Shown piece after piece: positions 50,319 to 59,438 of a stretch of DNA of 64,000 bases (position 1 is the stretch's first letter; each line of letters begins with the position of its first letter). Below the pieces are notes generated by a model, which saw nothing but the letters and a program-made list of their open reading frames with translations, did no database searches and had not been told where the DNA came from. Origin of the DNA: Thermoanaerobaculia bacterium (GTDB lineage Bacteria; Acidobacteriota; Thermoanaerobaculia; Multivoradales; JAHEKO01); assembly GCA_041574955.1 (NCBI GenBank), contig JBFGNS010000004.1:6707-70706 (forward strand), given 5' to 3'. The translations under genes were made by a program, and so were the position numbers.

Positions 50319-52151
50319 TCAGGCGATGGCGGCGGCGGCCGGGGCGCGAACGAGCTCGGCGACGCGCGCCGCCGGCAGCGGCCGGTGGAACAGGAAGCCC
50401 TGCAGCTCGTCGCACCCCTGGGAGCGCAGGAAGCCCGCCTGCGCCTCGGTCTCGACGCCCTCGGCGACCACCACCAGGTTCAGCTTGCGCGCCATCGCGA
50501 TGATGGCGGCGGCGATGGCGTCGTCGTCCTCGTCGCGCGTCAGGCCGACCACGAACGAGCGGTCGATCTTGATGACGTCGAACGGGAAGCGGCGCAGGTA
50601 GGTGAGCGAGGTCTGGCCGGTACCGAAGTCGTCGATCGCCAGCTGCACGCCGCCGTCTCGCAGCTCTTCGAGCTGGCCGAGCAGCCGGGGGTCGTCGCGC
50701 AGCACGGCACGCTCGCTCAGCTCGAGCTTGAGCAGCCCGGGCTCGGTGCCGTGCTCGGCGAGGACAGCGAGCACGCCGCGCGCGAAGTCCGGCTGCTCGA
50801 GCTGGCTCGAAGCGACGTTGACCGACACCGGCACCAGCTCGATGCCCTGCTCCCGCCAGCGGCCGAGCTGGCGGCAGGCCTCGCGCAGCACCCAGTCGCC
50901 GATCGGCACCATCAGACCGGTGTCCTCGGCGATCGGCACGAACTCGTCCGGCGCAAGCAGCCCGCGCTCGGGATGCTGCCAGCGCACCAGCGCCTCGAGG
51001 CCGGTGATCCCGCCGCCGGCGTCGACCAGCGGCTGGTAGTGGAGTACGAGCTGGTCCTCCTCGAGCGCTCGCCGCAGCCCGAGCTTGATCTCCAGCTTGT
51101 GGACCGCGGCGCTCTTCATCGAGCTGTCGAAGAACAGGCAGGTTCCCGGCCCCTTGGACTTGGCGTGGTACATGGCGGTCTCGGCGCGCTGCAGCAGGGC
51201 GTCCTCACCGCTGCCGTCCTCGGGCGCCAGCACGACGCCGATGCAGGAGGTCAGGTGGAGCTTCTTCTGCTGGATGGCGAACGGGCCGGCCATCGCTTCG
51301 ATCAGCCGGCGCCCCACCCGCTCGACGGCCGCGCGGTCGTTCACCTCGTTCATCAGGATGACGAACTCGTCGCCGCTCAGCCGCGCCACCGAGGTGGTGC
51401 CGTCGTCGCCGCCGCGCTCGCGGGCCAGCGTGTCGCCCGAGCGCAGGCTGCGCCGCAGACGTTTGCCGATCTGGCGCAGCAGCTCGTCGCCGCGCTGGCG
51501 GCCGAGTGTCTCGTTGATCTCCTTGAATCCGTCGATGTCGAGAAACAGCACCGCGATCTGCTTGCCGTCGCGCTCGGCGCGCGCCAGCGCCAGCCCCAGG
51601 AAGTCGGTGAACAGGGTGCGGTTCGGCAGCCCGGTCAGGTCGTCGTAGTGCTTCAGCCGCAGCATGGCGTCGCTGGCGGCGAGGGCGTTGCGCTTGGCCT
51701 CTTCGAGCGAGAAGCGGTCCTCGCGCAGCCGGTTGAGCAGCCGCCAGGTGCTGAGGCAGCGCGCCAGCCGCTGGGTCAGCAGCGTCCAGGAGATCGGTGG
51801 CGGTACGACGTCGGTGGCGCCGGCCTCGAAGGCGTCTTCCACTGCTCGCTGTCCGCCCTCGGAGAGCAGCACGAAGATCGGCAGCTCGGCGCCGTCGGCG
51901 GTGCGGCGCACCTCGCGGCACAGCGAAAGGCCGTTGCCCCCGGCCGCGTCGTCGAGCAGGATGGCGTCCGGCATCTCAGAGCGCAGCAGGGCGAGCAGCT
52001 CGCGCAGCGAGCCGGCGGGGGTGGTGCGGAAGCCGGCGCCGCGCAGCGCGGCGTGGGCCAGGGGCCGCAGCTCGCCGCCGAGCGCGTGCAGCACCAGGTG
52101 CTGCCGGTTGCCGGAAGCGCCGCGGGCCGGGAAGAAGCCGCCGGGGCTCAC
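50319..52151 (-). CDS. Receiver-like domain / GGDEF / EAL signalling protein (start placed at GTG 52151)
   Basis: About 610 aa. REC-like N-terminus (PDAILLDDAAGGNGLSLCREV), a GGDEF domain with the variant motif RLSGDEFVILM, and an EAL domain with EALVRWQHP, DDFGTG and KIDRSF. Confidence 0.85.
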   Translation of the reverse strand: MSPGGFFPARGASGNRQHLVLHALGGELRPLAHAALRGAGFRTTPAGSLRELLALLRSEMPDAILLDDAAGGNGLSLCREVRRTADGAELPIFVLLSEGGQRAVEDAFEAGATDVVPPPISWTLLTQRLARCLSTWRLLNRLREDRFSLEEAKRNALAASDAMLRLKHYDDLTGLPNRTLFTDFLGLALARAERDGKQIAVLFLDIDGFKEINETLGRQRGDELLRQIGKRLRRSLRSGDTLARERGGDDGTTSVARLSGDEFVILMNEVNDRAAVERVGRRLIEAMAGPFAIQQKKLHLTSCIGVVLAPEDGSGEDALLQRAETAMYHAKSKGPGTCLFFDSSMKSAAVHKLEIKLGLRRALEEDQLVLHYQPLVDAGGGITGLEALVRWQHPERGLLAPDEFVPIAEDTGLMVPIGDWVLREACRQLGRWREQGIELVPVSVNVASSQLEQPDFARGVLAVLAEHGTEPGLLKLELSERAVLRDDPRLLGQLEELRDGGVQLAIDDFGTGQTSLTYLRRFPFDVIKIDRSFVVGLTRDEDDDAIAAAIIAMARKLNLVVVAEGVETEAQAGFLRSQGCDELQGFLFHRPLPAARVAELVRAPAAAAIA

Positions 52152-52484
52152 TCCTGCTCCACCCAGCTGTTGACCGCCACCGTGCTCGCCGCCGCGTCGG
52201 CCCACGCCAGGCCGTCTGACCACGGGAAGCCATCGGACCGGCAGACAGCCACAGCGCAGAGCGCCGTCGTGTACCTTCGCTGCGAGCTCCAGCCGCCCAT
52301 AACCCAACCTCCGACCGCTGGAGCAGCAAGGGAAGTACCAGAGACCGACGTCGATGGATCGCGAGCGGCCCGGCACCGCAAGAGGTCAACCGGGGCAACA
52401 CTTTCCGGTGACAGCGCGCGGACGAGCCGGGGGGCTCGAGACGGCGGACCGGTAGCGCGGGCCGAAAGAAACGGCGGTGATCGT

Positions 52485-52510
52485 GGCGCCCGGTTGCAAG
52501 AACCGGCGCC
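52485..52510 (-). terminator. Terminator-like hairpin after the 5'-3' exonuclease gene (no U tract)
   Basis: ggcgcccggtt / aaccggcgcc, 10 bp with one bulge and a 5-nt loop, starting 11 nt downstream of the stop at 52521. Confidence 0.35.
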
Positions 52511-52520
52511 CCGCGCCGTC

Positions 52521-53396
52521 TCAGCGGGCCTCGACCCGGGCGGCAAGGCCGGCCAGGCCGAGCTCCTCGAGCACGCGGCGGGCTGCCCCGGCACCGGGGT
52601 CGCGCCGGGCGAGGCCGTCGAGCCCGGGCCAATCGATCGGCGCATCGGCGGCGAGAACCGCCAGCCGGCGCGACAGCAGGGCCCGTTCGCGGCCGGCCTC
52701 GAGACGCGCCGCGACCGAGCGGGCGCCGCGCAGCTCGAGCCCGGCGACCCGATCCAGATCGTCGTAGATCGCCGCCAGGTCGGGAAACTCGGCCAGCAGC
52801 GCGGCCGCGGTCTTGCGGCCGATGCCCGCGACGCCGGGGATGTTGTCCACCGGGTCGCCCGCCAGCGCCAGGAGATCCGGTATCTGCTCGGGCCGGACGC
52901 CGAACTTCCGCACCACCTGCCGGCGGCCGTAGCGCTCACCGCGCGCGAAGTCGAGCAGCTCGACGCCGTCGCCCACCAGCTGGCAGAGGTCCTTGTCGGA
53001 GCTGACGATCACGACGCGGAGCCCCTCGGCGCCGAGCTGCCGGCAGAGGGTGGCGAGGAGGTCGTCGGCCTCGTACCGGCGGTCGATGAAGGTGGCCCCG
53101 AACAGCCCGGCCAGCCGGCGGCAGGCGTCGAGCTGGGCCTCGAGCTCGGGCGGCGGCAGATCGCGCTGGGCCTTGTAGTCCGGGTAGATCTCGTTGCGAA
53201 AGCTGGTCGTGAGGCTGCCGTCGAACGCCACCGCCAGGTGGGTGGGCGCGAGCTCACGGACCAGCTTGAGCAGGAAGTCGGCGAAGCCGCGCAGCGCGTT
53301 GGCCGGCTGGCCCGCGGCGTCGGTGATCGAGTCCGGCAGCGAGAAGTAGGCGCGGAAGATGTACGGGCTGGCGTCGACCAGGCAGGCTTCGGGCAC
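52521..53396 (-). CDS. 5'-3' exonuclease / flap endonuclease (Pol I N-terminal domain family); start placed at GTG 53396
   Basis: 291 aa. LVDASPYIFRAYFSLP, FRNEIYPDYKAQR, YEADDLLATL and the H3TH region NIPGVAGIGRKTAAALL. Confidence 0.8.
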   Translation of the reverse strand: MPEACLVDASPYIFRAYFSLPDSITDAAGQPANALRGFADFLLKLVRELAPTHLAVAFDGSLTTSFRNEIYPDYKAQRDLPPPELEAQLDACRRLAGLFGATFIDRRYEADDLLATLCRQLGAEGLRVVIVSSDKDLCQLVGDGVELLDFARGERYGRRQVVRKFGVRPEQIPDLLALAGDPVDNIPGVAGIGRKTAAALLAEFPDLAAIYDDLDRVAGLELRGARSVAARLEAGRERALLSRRLAVLAADAPIDWPGLDGLARRDPGAGAARRVLEELGLAGLAARVEAR

Positions 53397-53412
53397 GGTG
53401 CTGCCTCGCGGG

Positions 53413-53832
53413 TCAGTCGAGCGGCGGCCGCCGGCGGTCGGCCTTGAGCCGGCTCCGGCGGCGCTTCTCTTCGAGCCGGCGCCGCGCTGCGGCGGCACCC
53501 GGCCGGGTGGCGACGCGCCGCCGCCGGCGCTCGAGCGCCCCCGCCACCAGCTCGACGAAGCGCGCCTCGGCGGCGGCGCGGTTGGCCGCCTGCGTGCGGT
53601 GCTTCTGACTCGTCACGCGCAGCACCCCGGACCGGTTGATCCGCGTCGCCAGCCGCTCGGCGAGGCGCTGCTTCTGGCCGGCAGTCAGGGTGGGCGAGCC
53701 GGCGACGTCGAACAGCAGAGTGACCCGGCTCTCGACCTTGTTGACGTTCTGGCCGCCGGGGCCCGAGCTGCGCGAGGTGACGAAGCTCAGCTCGTCGTCG
53801 GGGAGCGTCAGCCGTTCGTCGATCACCGGCAT
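53413..53832 (-). CDS. arfB: Alternative ribosome-rescue factor ArfB (peptidyl-tRNA hydrolase); start re-set to ATG 53832
   Basis: 139 aa. SRSSGPGGQNVNKVESRV (GGQ motif) and a basic C-terminal tail (RRRLEEKRRRSRLKADRRR). Confidence 0.9.
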   Translation of the reverse strand: MPVIDERLTLPDDELSFVTSRSSGPGGQNVNKVESRVTLLFDVAGSPTLTAGQKQRLAERLATRINRSGVLRVTSQKHRTQAANRAAAEARFVELVAGALERRRRRVATRPGAAAARRRLEEKRRRSRLKADRRRPPLD

Positions 53833-54260
53833 CAGCGGTAGGTCTCGCCGGCGTGGCGCAGCCAGCCACCCGGGCGGCGGCCGCCGGGGTCGTGGTGGGT
53901 CCAATGGATGACGCCGCCGCGCTCGTTCCACTCGTACTGGCCGCGGAAGCCCACCCGGTCGCCGGCGGCCAGCGGCGCGCGCGGCGCCAGGTCGATGTTG
54001 TGGCTCACCAGCACCGTCTGCCCCGAATCCAGGCGCAGGATGAAGCGCTGGTGGCGCGAGCCTTCCCGGTCGTCGGCGAGCAGCCGCTCGACCGTGCCCT
54101 CAGCTTCGACCACGACGCCCGAGCGGCGCTGCTCGAACGCCTGCTCGAGCAGGGCCTCGCCGCCGCCGGCCGCCGGCGCGGTGAGCTGGCGCCCGGCCCA
54201 CACCGCCACCACCAGGCCGGCGGCCAGCAGGATCCGGAGCTGTCGGCGCGTCAGCCGCAC
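53832..54260 (-). CDS. DUF3465-family protein
   Basis: 142 aa. N-terminal TM/signal, then SRHQRFILRLDSGQTVLVSHNIDLAPR...GDRVGFRGQYEWNERGGVIHWTHHDP, matching DUF3465 as I remember it. Its stop overlaps the arfB ATG by 1 nt. Confidence 0.7.
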   Translation of the reverse strand: MRLTRRQLRILLAAGLVVAVWAGRQLTAPAAGGGEALLEQAFEQRRSGVVVEAEGTVERLLADDREGSRHQRFILRLDSGQTVLVSHNIDLAPRAPLAAGDRVGFRGQYEWNERGGVIHWTHHDPGGRRPGGWLRHAGETYR

Positions 54261-54275
54261 GCCGTCATTGTAGGT

Positions 54276-54884
54276 CTAGCCGTCGGCGCGGACGGCGGTG
54301 AGCTCCAGGTTGCGGAACTCGGTGTCCTCGGGCAGCACCAGGCTGGTGGTGTAGACGTAGCGGTCGTCGTCTTCGATCGTGGTGACGGCGCGGATCTGGA
54401 ACTTGGTGCCAGTGGCCGGATCGGTCAGCTCGGCGGTGGTGGTGCGCTCGGCCCCCTCCTCGCTGCAGCTGCCCCGGTAGATCAGGGTGTAGGTCCCCTG
54501 GGTGTCGCGCCAGGTCCCGACGTACTGCTTGGCCTGGTTGTCGTAGCCGTCGGTCGACCAGCTCTCGTACGGCCGTCCCAGCAGCTCGCCGCGGTAGACG
54601 GTGTGCAGGAACCGGCCGCCGAGGATGGTGCGCGCCTCGGCCGTGCCGCTGGCCTCGACCGGCTCGCCGTCGGGCGTCAGCCAGACCTTGAGGGTGTAGC
54701 GCCAACGGCCGGCCAGGCGTGCCAGGTGCTGATGGTGGGTACCGGGCTGCGCCGGGTCGTCGAGCGCCGCGGCGGCTGCCGTCGCGTCGTCGCCGGCCGG
54801 CTCGTTCGCCGGCTCCTGGGCGCCGGCGGTGGCAGCGGCGAGAACGGCCAGGATCAGGGCTGGGACGGCGGTTCGGCGGTGCAT
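54276..54884 (-). CDS. DUF1579-family secreted protein; start re-set to ATG 54884
   Basis: 202 aa. Signal peptide MHRRTAVPALILAVLAAATAGA, then LAGRWRYTLKVW...ILGGRFLHTVYRGELLGRPYESWSTDGYDNQAKQYVGTWRDTQGT. Confidence 0.65.
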   Translation of the reverse strand: MHRRTAVPALILAVLAAATAGAQEPANEPAGDDATAAAAALDDPAQPGTHHQHLARLAGRWRYTLKVWLTPDGEPVEASGTAEARTILGGRFLHTVYRGELLGRPYESWSTDGYDNQAKQYVGTWRDTQGTYTLIYRGSCSEEGAERTTTAELTDPATGTKFQIRAVTTIEDDDRYVYTTSLVLPEDTEFRNLELTAVRADG

Positions 54885-54972
54885 GCGCGGGCTCCTCGCT
54901 GGACGGTTCGGTGCGCTCGGCCGCGCCCGGCGGCGCGGCGGCACCATCATAGCCCTGCGGTAGAGTCGCGCC

Positions 54973-55794
54973 GTGGCCGAGCCAACCCTGCCGGCGGACT
55001 CCTGGCGCGCACGGCTGCACGAGATCATCTTCGAGGCCGAGACGCCGGGCGGCAGGGCGTTCGATGTCGCCCTGCTGCTGGCCATCGTGCTGAGCGTGAT
55101 CGCCGTCTGCCTGGAGAGCGTCGGCTCGATCCGGGCCCAATACGGCGGGCCGCTGCGCGCTCTCGAGTGGCTGTTCACGCTGTTGTTCACCGTCGAGTAT
55201 GTCCTGCGCCTGCTGTCCGTCGGCCGGCCCTGGCGCTACGCCCTGAGCTTCTACGGCCTGGTCGATCTGCTGGCGGTGGCGCCCACCTACCTCAGCCTGC
55301 TGGTCGCCGGCACCCAGTCGCTGATCGTCATCCGGGCGCTGAGGCTGCTGCGCATCTTCCGCATCCTCAAACTGGCGCAGTTCGTCGGCGAGGCGCGCAT
55401 GCTGCACGCCGCGATGCGCGCCAGCAGCCGCAAGATCATCGTCTTCCTGGGCACGGTGCTCACCCTGGTGCTGATCATCGGCGCCCTGATGTACCTGATC
55501 GAAGGTGCAGACAACGGCTTCACCTCCATCCCGCAGTCGGTCTACTGGGCGATCGTCACCATGACCACGGTGGGCTACGGCGACGTCGCCCCCCAGTCGG
55601 TGCCGGGCAAGGTCCTGGCGTCGGCGGTGATGATCCTCGGCTACGGCATCATCGCCGTGCCCACCGGCATCGTCACCGTCGAGATGGCCAGCGCCCTCAA
55701 GCACTCGACGCGCACCGAAGCGTGCATGGAGTGCGGCGCCGAGGGCCACGCCGTCGATGCGGTCTACTGCAAGTACTGCGGCACGCGGCTGTAG
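54973..55794 (+). CDS. Voltage-gated-type K+ channel (6TM) with C-terminal zinc-ribbon
   Basis: 273 aa. S4 with Arg every third residue (VIRALRLLRIFRILKLAQF), selectivity filter TMTTVGYGDV and a C-terminal CMECGAEGHAVDAVYCKYCGTRL. Confidence 0.85.
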   Translation: MAEPTLPADSWRARLHEIIFEAETPGGRAFDVALLLAIVLSVIAVCLESVGSIRAQYGGPLRALEWLFTLLFTVEYVLRLLSVGRPWRYALSFYGLVDLLAVAPTYLSLLVAGTQSLIVIRALRLLRIFRILKLAQFVGEARMLHAAMRASSRKIIVFLGTVLTLVLIIGALMYLIEGADNGFTSIPQSVYWAIVTMTTVGYGDVAPQSVPGKVLASAVMILGYGIIAVPTGIVTVEMASALKHSTRTEACMECGAEGHAVDAVYCKYCGTRL

Positions 55795-55838
55795 CCCGGT
55801 GAGGCGCGCGTGACCTGCTGGCTGCCCGGAGCCGTCCG

Positions 55839-58541
55839 ATGAGCCGTCGCGGCGTCCTGTTCCCGGCCAAGGACGCGCCGTTGCGCGACGACGTGCGGCG
55901 GCTCGGCGCGCTGGTCGGCGAGATGCTGGCCGAGCAGGGCGGGCGCGAGCTGTTCGAGCAGGTGGAAGAGGTGCGGCAGGCGGCGATCCGCCGGCGGCGG
56001 CGCGGTGGCGAGGACGGCGGCGGCCTGGCGGATCGGCTGGCCGGCCTCGAGCCGCGGGTAGCGGCCGAGCTGGGACGCGCCTTCGCCGCCTACTTCCAGG
56101 TCGTCAACCTGGCGGAGAAGGTGCACCGCATCCGGCGCCGCCGCGCCCACCAGCGCCGCGGCCGGCCGCAGAGCGACGGCCTCGAGGAGGCGGCCCGCAG
56201 GCTGGTGGCGGCCGATCTCGGGGCGCGGCGGCTCGCCGAGCTGCTCGACCGGCTGAGCCTCGAGCCGGTGTTCACCGCCCATCCGAGCGAGGCCACCCGC
56301 CGCACGATTCTCGAGAAGGAGCAGCGCATCGCCCGCCGGCTGATCGAGCGGTTGGACCCTTCGCTGACGCCGCCCGAGAAGCGCGTGCTGTGGGCGCGCA
56401 TCCGCGCCGAGGTCACCGCCTCGTGGCAGACCGAGGAGCACCCCGAGCTGCGCCCAAGCGTCGGCGAGGAGCTGGAGCAGGTGCTGTTCTACCTGAGCGG
56501 CGTCATCTACGCGGTCGTGCCGATGCTGTACGAGACCCTCGAGGGCGCGCTCGACGAGGCGTTCGGCGAGGCGGCTGCCGGCCTCCGGTTGCCGACCCTG
56601 CTGCGCTTCGCCTCCTGGGTGGGCGGCGACATGGACGGCAACCCCAACGTCACCGCCGACACCTACCGGGCGACCCTGGCGCGCCACCGCCGGGTGATTC
56701 TGGCGCTGTACGACCGCGAGCTGGGGGACTTGGCCGGCAGGCTCAGCCAGGGCCGCTCACGGGCGGCGGTCGACGCGGCGGTGGAGCGGCGCCTGGCGGA
56801 GTACGGCGAGCGGTTCCCCGCCGCCCGCGAAGCGGTTCCCGAGCGTCACCGGGACATGCCGTACCGGGTGTTGCTCCACCTGATGCGGGCACGGCTCGAG
56901 GCGACCGTTTGCGACGAAGCGGCCGGCTACCGGGAGGCGGACGGGCTGTCGCGCGACCTCGAGCTGATCGCCGCCAGCCTGGCGCGCCACCGCGGCCGGC
57001 AGGCCGGGCTGTTCCGGGTCCAGCGCCTGCTGCGCAAGGTCGACTGCTTCGGCTTCCACCTGGCGCGCGTCGACCTGCGCCAGGACGCGCTGGTGCACCG
57101 CGCGGCTGCCGGCCGGCTGCTGGGCGAGGCCGACTGGCTGTCGCTCACCGCCGCCGAGCGGCAGCGGCGGCTGGCGCGTGCCCTCGACACGGGCGAGCGG
57201 CCGGCGGTCGACCCCGGCGACGAGGACCGGCGGGTGCTGGCGGTGTTCGAGACCGTCGCCGACTGTCGGCGCCGCTACGGCGGGGCGGCGATCGGCCCGC
57301 TCGTCATCAGCATGGCCGAGGGGGCCGACGACGTCCTGACGGTGCTGCTGCTGGCGCGCTGGGCGGGTCTCGAGCAGGACGGCCGGGTGCCGCTCGACGT
57401 GGCGCCGCTGTTCGAGACGGTGGGCGACCTGCGCGCCGCCCCCGAGGTGCTGGGCGAGCTGCTGGGGGATGCCCGCTACCGCCGGCATCTCGAGACCCGG
57501 CGCCACCGCCAGATGGTGATGGTGGGCTACTCGGACAGCGGCAAGGACGGCGGGCTGGCGGCGTCGCGCTGGGCGCTGCATCGGGCGCAGGAGTCGATGG
57601 CGGCGGTGCTCGACGAGGCGGGCGTCGAGCTGACCGTCTTCCACGGCCGTGGCGGTACGATCAGCCGCGGCGGCGGCAAGACCCACCGCGCCATCCTGGC
57701 GGCGCCGCCGTCGGCGGTGCGCGGGCGGCTGCGGTTGACCGAGCAGGGTGAGACCATCGACGCCAACTACGGGTTGCGCGCCATCGCCCTGCGCCACCTC
57801 GAGCGGGCCGCCGCGGCGACCCTGCTGGCGACTGCGCTGCCGGCCGAAGGCCCGGCCGGCGCCTGGGCGGAGGTGATGGACGAGATCGCCCGCGACAGCC
57901 GGGACGCCTACCGCGGCCTGGTCTATGCCGACGGCTTCGAGGGGTACTTCCGCGCCGCCACGCCGATCGACGTCATCGAGCGCATGCGCATCGGCTCGCG
58001 ACCGGCGGCGCGGCGCAGCCGGCGCGGCATCGAGAACCTGCGCGCCATCCCGTGGGTGTTCGCCTGGACCCAGAGCCGACACCTGCTGCCGGGCTGGTAC
58101 GGCCTGGGCACGGCGCTGGCGGAAGCCCGCCAGCGCCACGGCGCCCAGCTCCTGGCCGAGATGGCGGGCGGCTGGCCGTTCTTCGCCGCCCTGCTCGAGG
58201 ACGTCGAGATGGTGCTGGCCAAGGCCGACCTGGCGATCGCCGCGCGCTACGCCGGGCTCGCCGGCGAGGCGGGGAGCGCGACCTTCGCCGCCATCCGCGA
58301 GGAGTTCGAGCGCACCGTCGTCGAGCTCGGGCGGATCACCGGCAGCGAGGCCCTGCTGGAGCGCGACCCGGCGCTGAGGCGCTCGATCGTGCTGCGCAAC
58401 CCCTACGTCGATCCGATGAGCCTGCTGCAGGTCGACCTGCTGGCGCGCTGGCGCGCCGGCGGGCGGCGCGACGACGAGCTGCTGCGGGCGCTGCTGGTCA
58501 CCGTGCACGGCATCGCGCGCGGCCTGCAGAACACCGGCTGA
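55839..58541 (+). CDS. ppc: Phosphoenolpyruvate carboxylase
   Basis: 900 aa. VFTAHPSEATRRT, MVGYSDSGKDGG, FHGRGGTISRGGG and the C-terminal ...GLQNTG. Confidence 0.95.
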   Translation: MSRRGVLFPAKDAPLRDDVRRLGALVGEMLAEQGGRELFEQVEEVRQAAIRRRRRGGEDGGGLADRLAGLEPRVAAELGRAFAAYFQVVNLAEKVHRIRRRRAHQRRGRPQSDGLEEAARRLVAADLGARRLAELLDRLSLEPVFTAHPSEATRRTILEKEQRIARRLIERLDPSLTPPEKRVLWARIRAEVTASWQTEEHPELRPSVGEELEQVLFYLSGVIYAVVPMLYETLEGALDEAFGEAAAGLRLPTLLRFASWVGGDMDGNPNVTADTYRATLARHRRVILALYDRELGDLAGRLSQGRSRAAVDAAVERRLAEYGERFPAAREAVPERHRDMPYRVLLHLMRARLEATVCDEAAGYREADGLSRDLELIAASLARHRGRQAGLFRVQRLLRKVDCFGFHLARVDLRQDALVHRAAAGRLLGEADWLSLTAAERQRRLARALDTGERPAVDPGDEDRRVLAVFETVADCRRRYGGAAIGPLVISMAEGADDVLTVLLLARWAGLEQDGRVPLDVAPLFETVGDLRAAPEVLGELLGDARYRRHLETRRHRQMVMVGYSDSGKDGGLAASRWALHRAQESMAAVLDEAGVELTVFHGRGGTISRGGGKTHRAILAAPPSAVRGRLRLTEQGETIDANYGLRAIALRHLERAAAATLLATALPAEGPAGAWAEVMDEIARDSRDAYRGLVYADGFEGYFRAATPIDVIERMRIGSRPAARRSRRGIENLRAIPWVFAWTQSRHLLPGWYGLGTALAEARQRHGAQLLAEMAGGWPFFAALLEDVEMVLAKADLAIAARYAGLAGEAGSATFAAIREEFERTVVELGRITGSEALLERDPALRRSIVLRNPYVDPMSLLQVDLLARWRAGGRRDDELLRALLVTVHGIARGLQNTG

Positions 58542-58556
58542 AGGGGGCTGTCGGGC

Positions 58557-59438
58557 GTGGGCCTCGCACGGCTGTGGCGGCTGCTACCGCGGCGCAGCCG
58601 GGCCGCGGCCTGGCGGCTGCTCGACCGGCTGGGGCCGCTGCCGGTGCGGCTGGCCTACGGACCGGCGCGCGGCCGCTGGCTGCTGGCGCCGGCGAGCCGC
58701 CTGCTCGCCTACCGCGGCGGCCATCACGAGCGCGCGGTGCTCGACCTGGTGGCTGAACGGCTGGCAGCCGGCATGACCTTCGTCGACGGCGGCGCCTTCC
58801 TCGGCTATTTCACGCTGGCGGCGGCGGCGCGGGTCGGCGGCGGCGGGCGGGTGTGGGCGTTCGAGCCGCAGCCGGCGAGCCGCTCGACGCTCGAGCGCAC
58901 CGTCGAGCGCAACGGGCTGGCGCAGGTCACGGTGGTGCCGGCGGCGCTCGGCGAGACGCCGGGCGAGGCGCGGCTGCTGGACTCGTCCAACCCCTCGATG
59001 GCGCGGCTGGCGGCTGGCGGCGGCGCGGGCGGTCGGAGGGTGAAGGTGACAAGCCTCGACCGCTGGGCAGCCGATACCGGTGCCCGGCCCGACCTGGTCA
59101 AGCTCGACCTCGAGGGCGGCGAGCTGGCGGCGCTGCGCGGCGCCGCCGGCATGATCGCCCGCTGCCTTCCGACCCTGGTGGTCGAGCTCCATCGCCGGTC
59201 GGGCGCGGCCGACGCGCCGCGCGCGGTGGTGGAGTGGCTGTGGGGCGCCGGCTACGAGCTGGCGGTGCTGGCGGCCGAGGGGCGGCGGGCGGTGGCGCCG
59301 GCGCTCGGCCGGCTGGAGGCCGCCGACCCGGCGGCGGGCGAGGTGGTGGTCCTCCACCTGCTGGCCACGCCCGCCGGGGGCCGGATACGATCGACGCACC
59401 GTCAGAAGGGAGGGTCGAGTGTTCTGTCCCCAGTGTGA
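58557..59438 (+). CDS. FkbM-family methyltransferase
   Basis: 293 aa. FVDGGAFLGYFTLAAA, VWAFEPQPASRSTLERTV and DLVKLDLEGGELAAL. The 3' end overlaps the next ORF by 20 nt. Confidence 0.7.
   Translation: MGLARLWRLLPRRSRAAAWRLLDRLGPLPVRLAYGPARGRWLLAPASRLLAYRGGHHERAVLDLVAERLAAGMTFVDGGAFLGYFTLAAAARVGGGGRVWAFEPQPASRSTLERTVERNGLAQVTVVPAALGETPGEARLLDSSNPSMARLAAGGGAGGRRVKVTSLDRWAADTGARPDLVKLDLEGGELAALRGAAGMIARCLPTLVVELHRRSGAADAPRAVVEWLWGAGYELAVLAAEGRRAVAPALGRLEAADPAAGEVVVLHLLATPAGGRIRSTHRQKGGSSVLSPV

Noticed and set aside
50031-53447. 1138-aa + strand ORF
   Set aside because: It is antisense to the FMN reductase, GGDEF-EAL and exonuclease genes, all of which show clear motifs on the minus strand.
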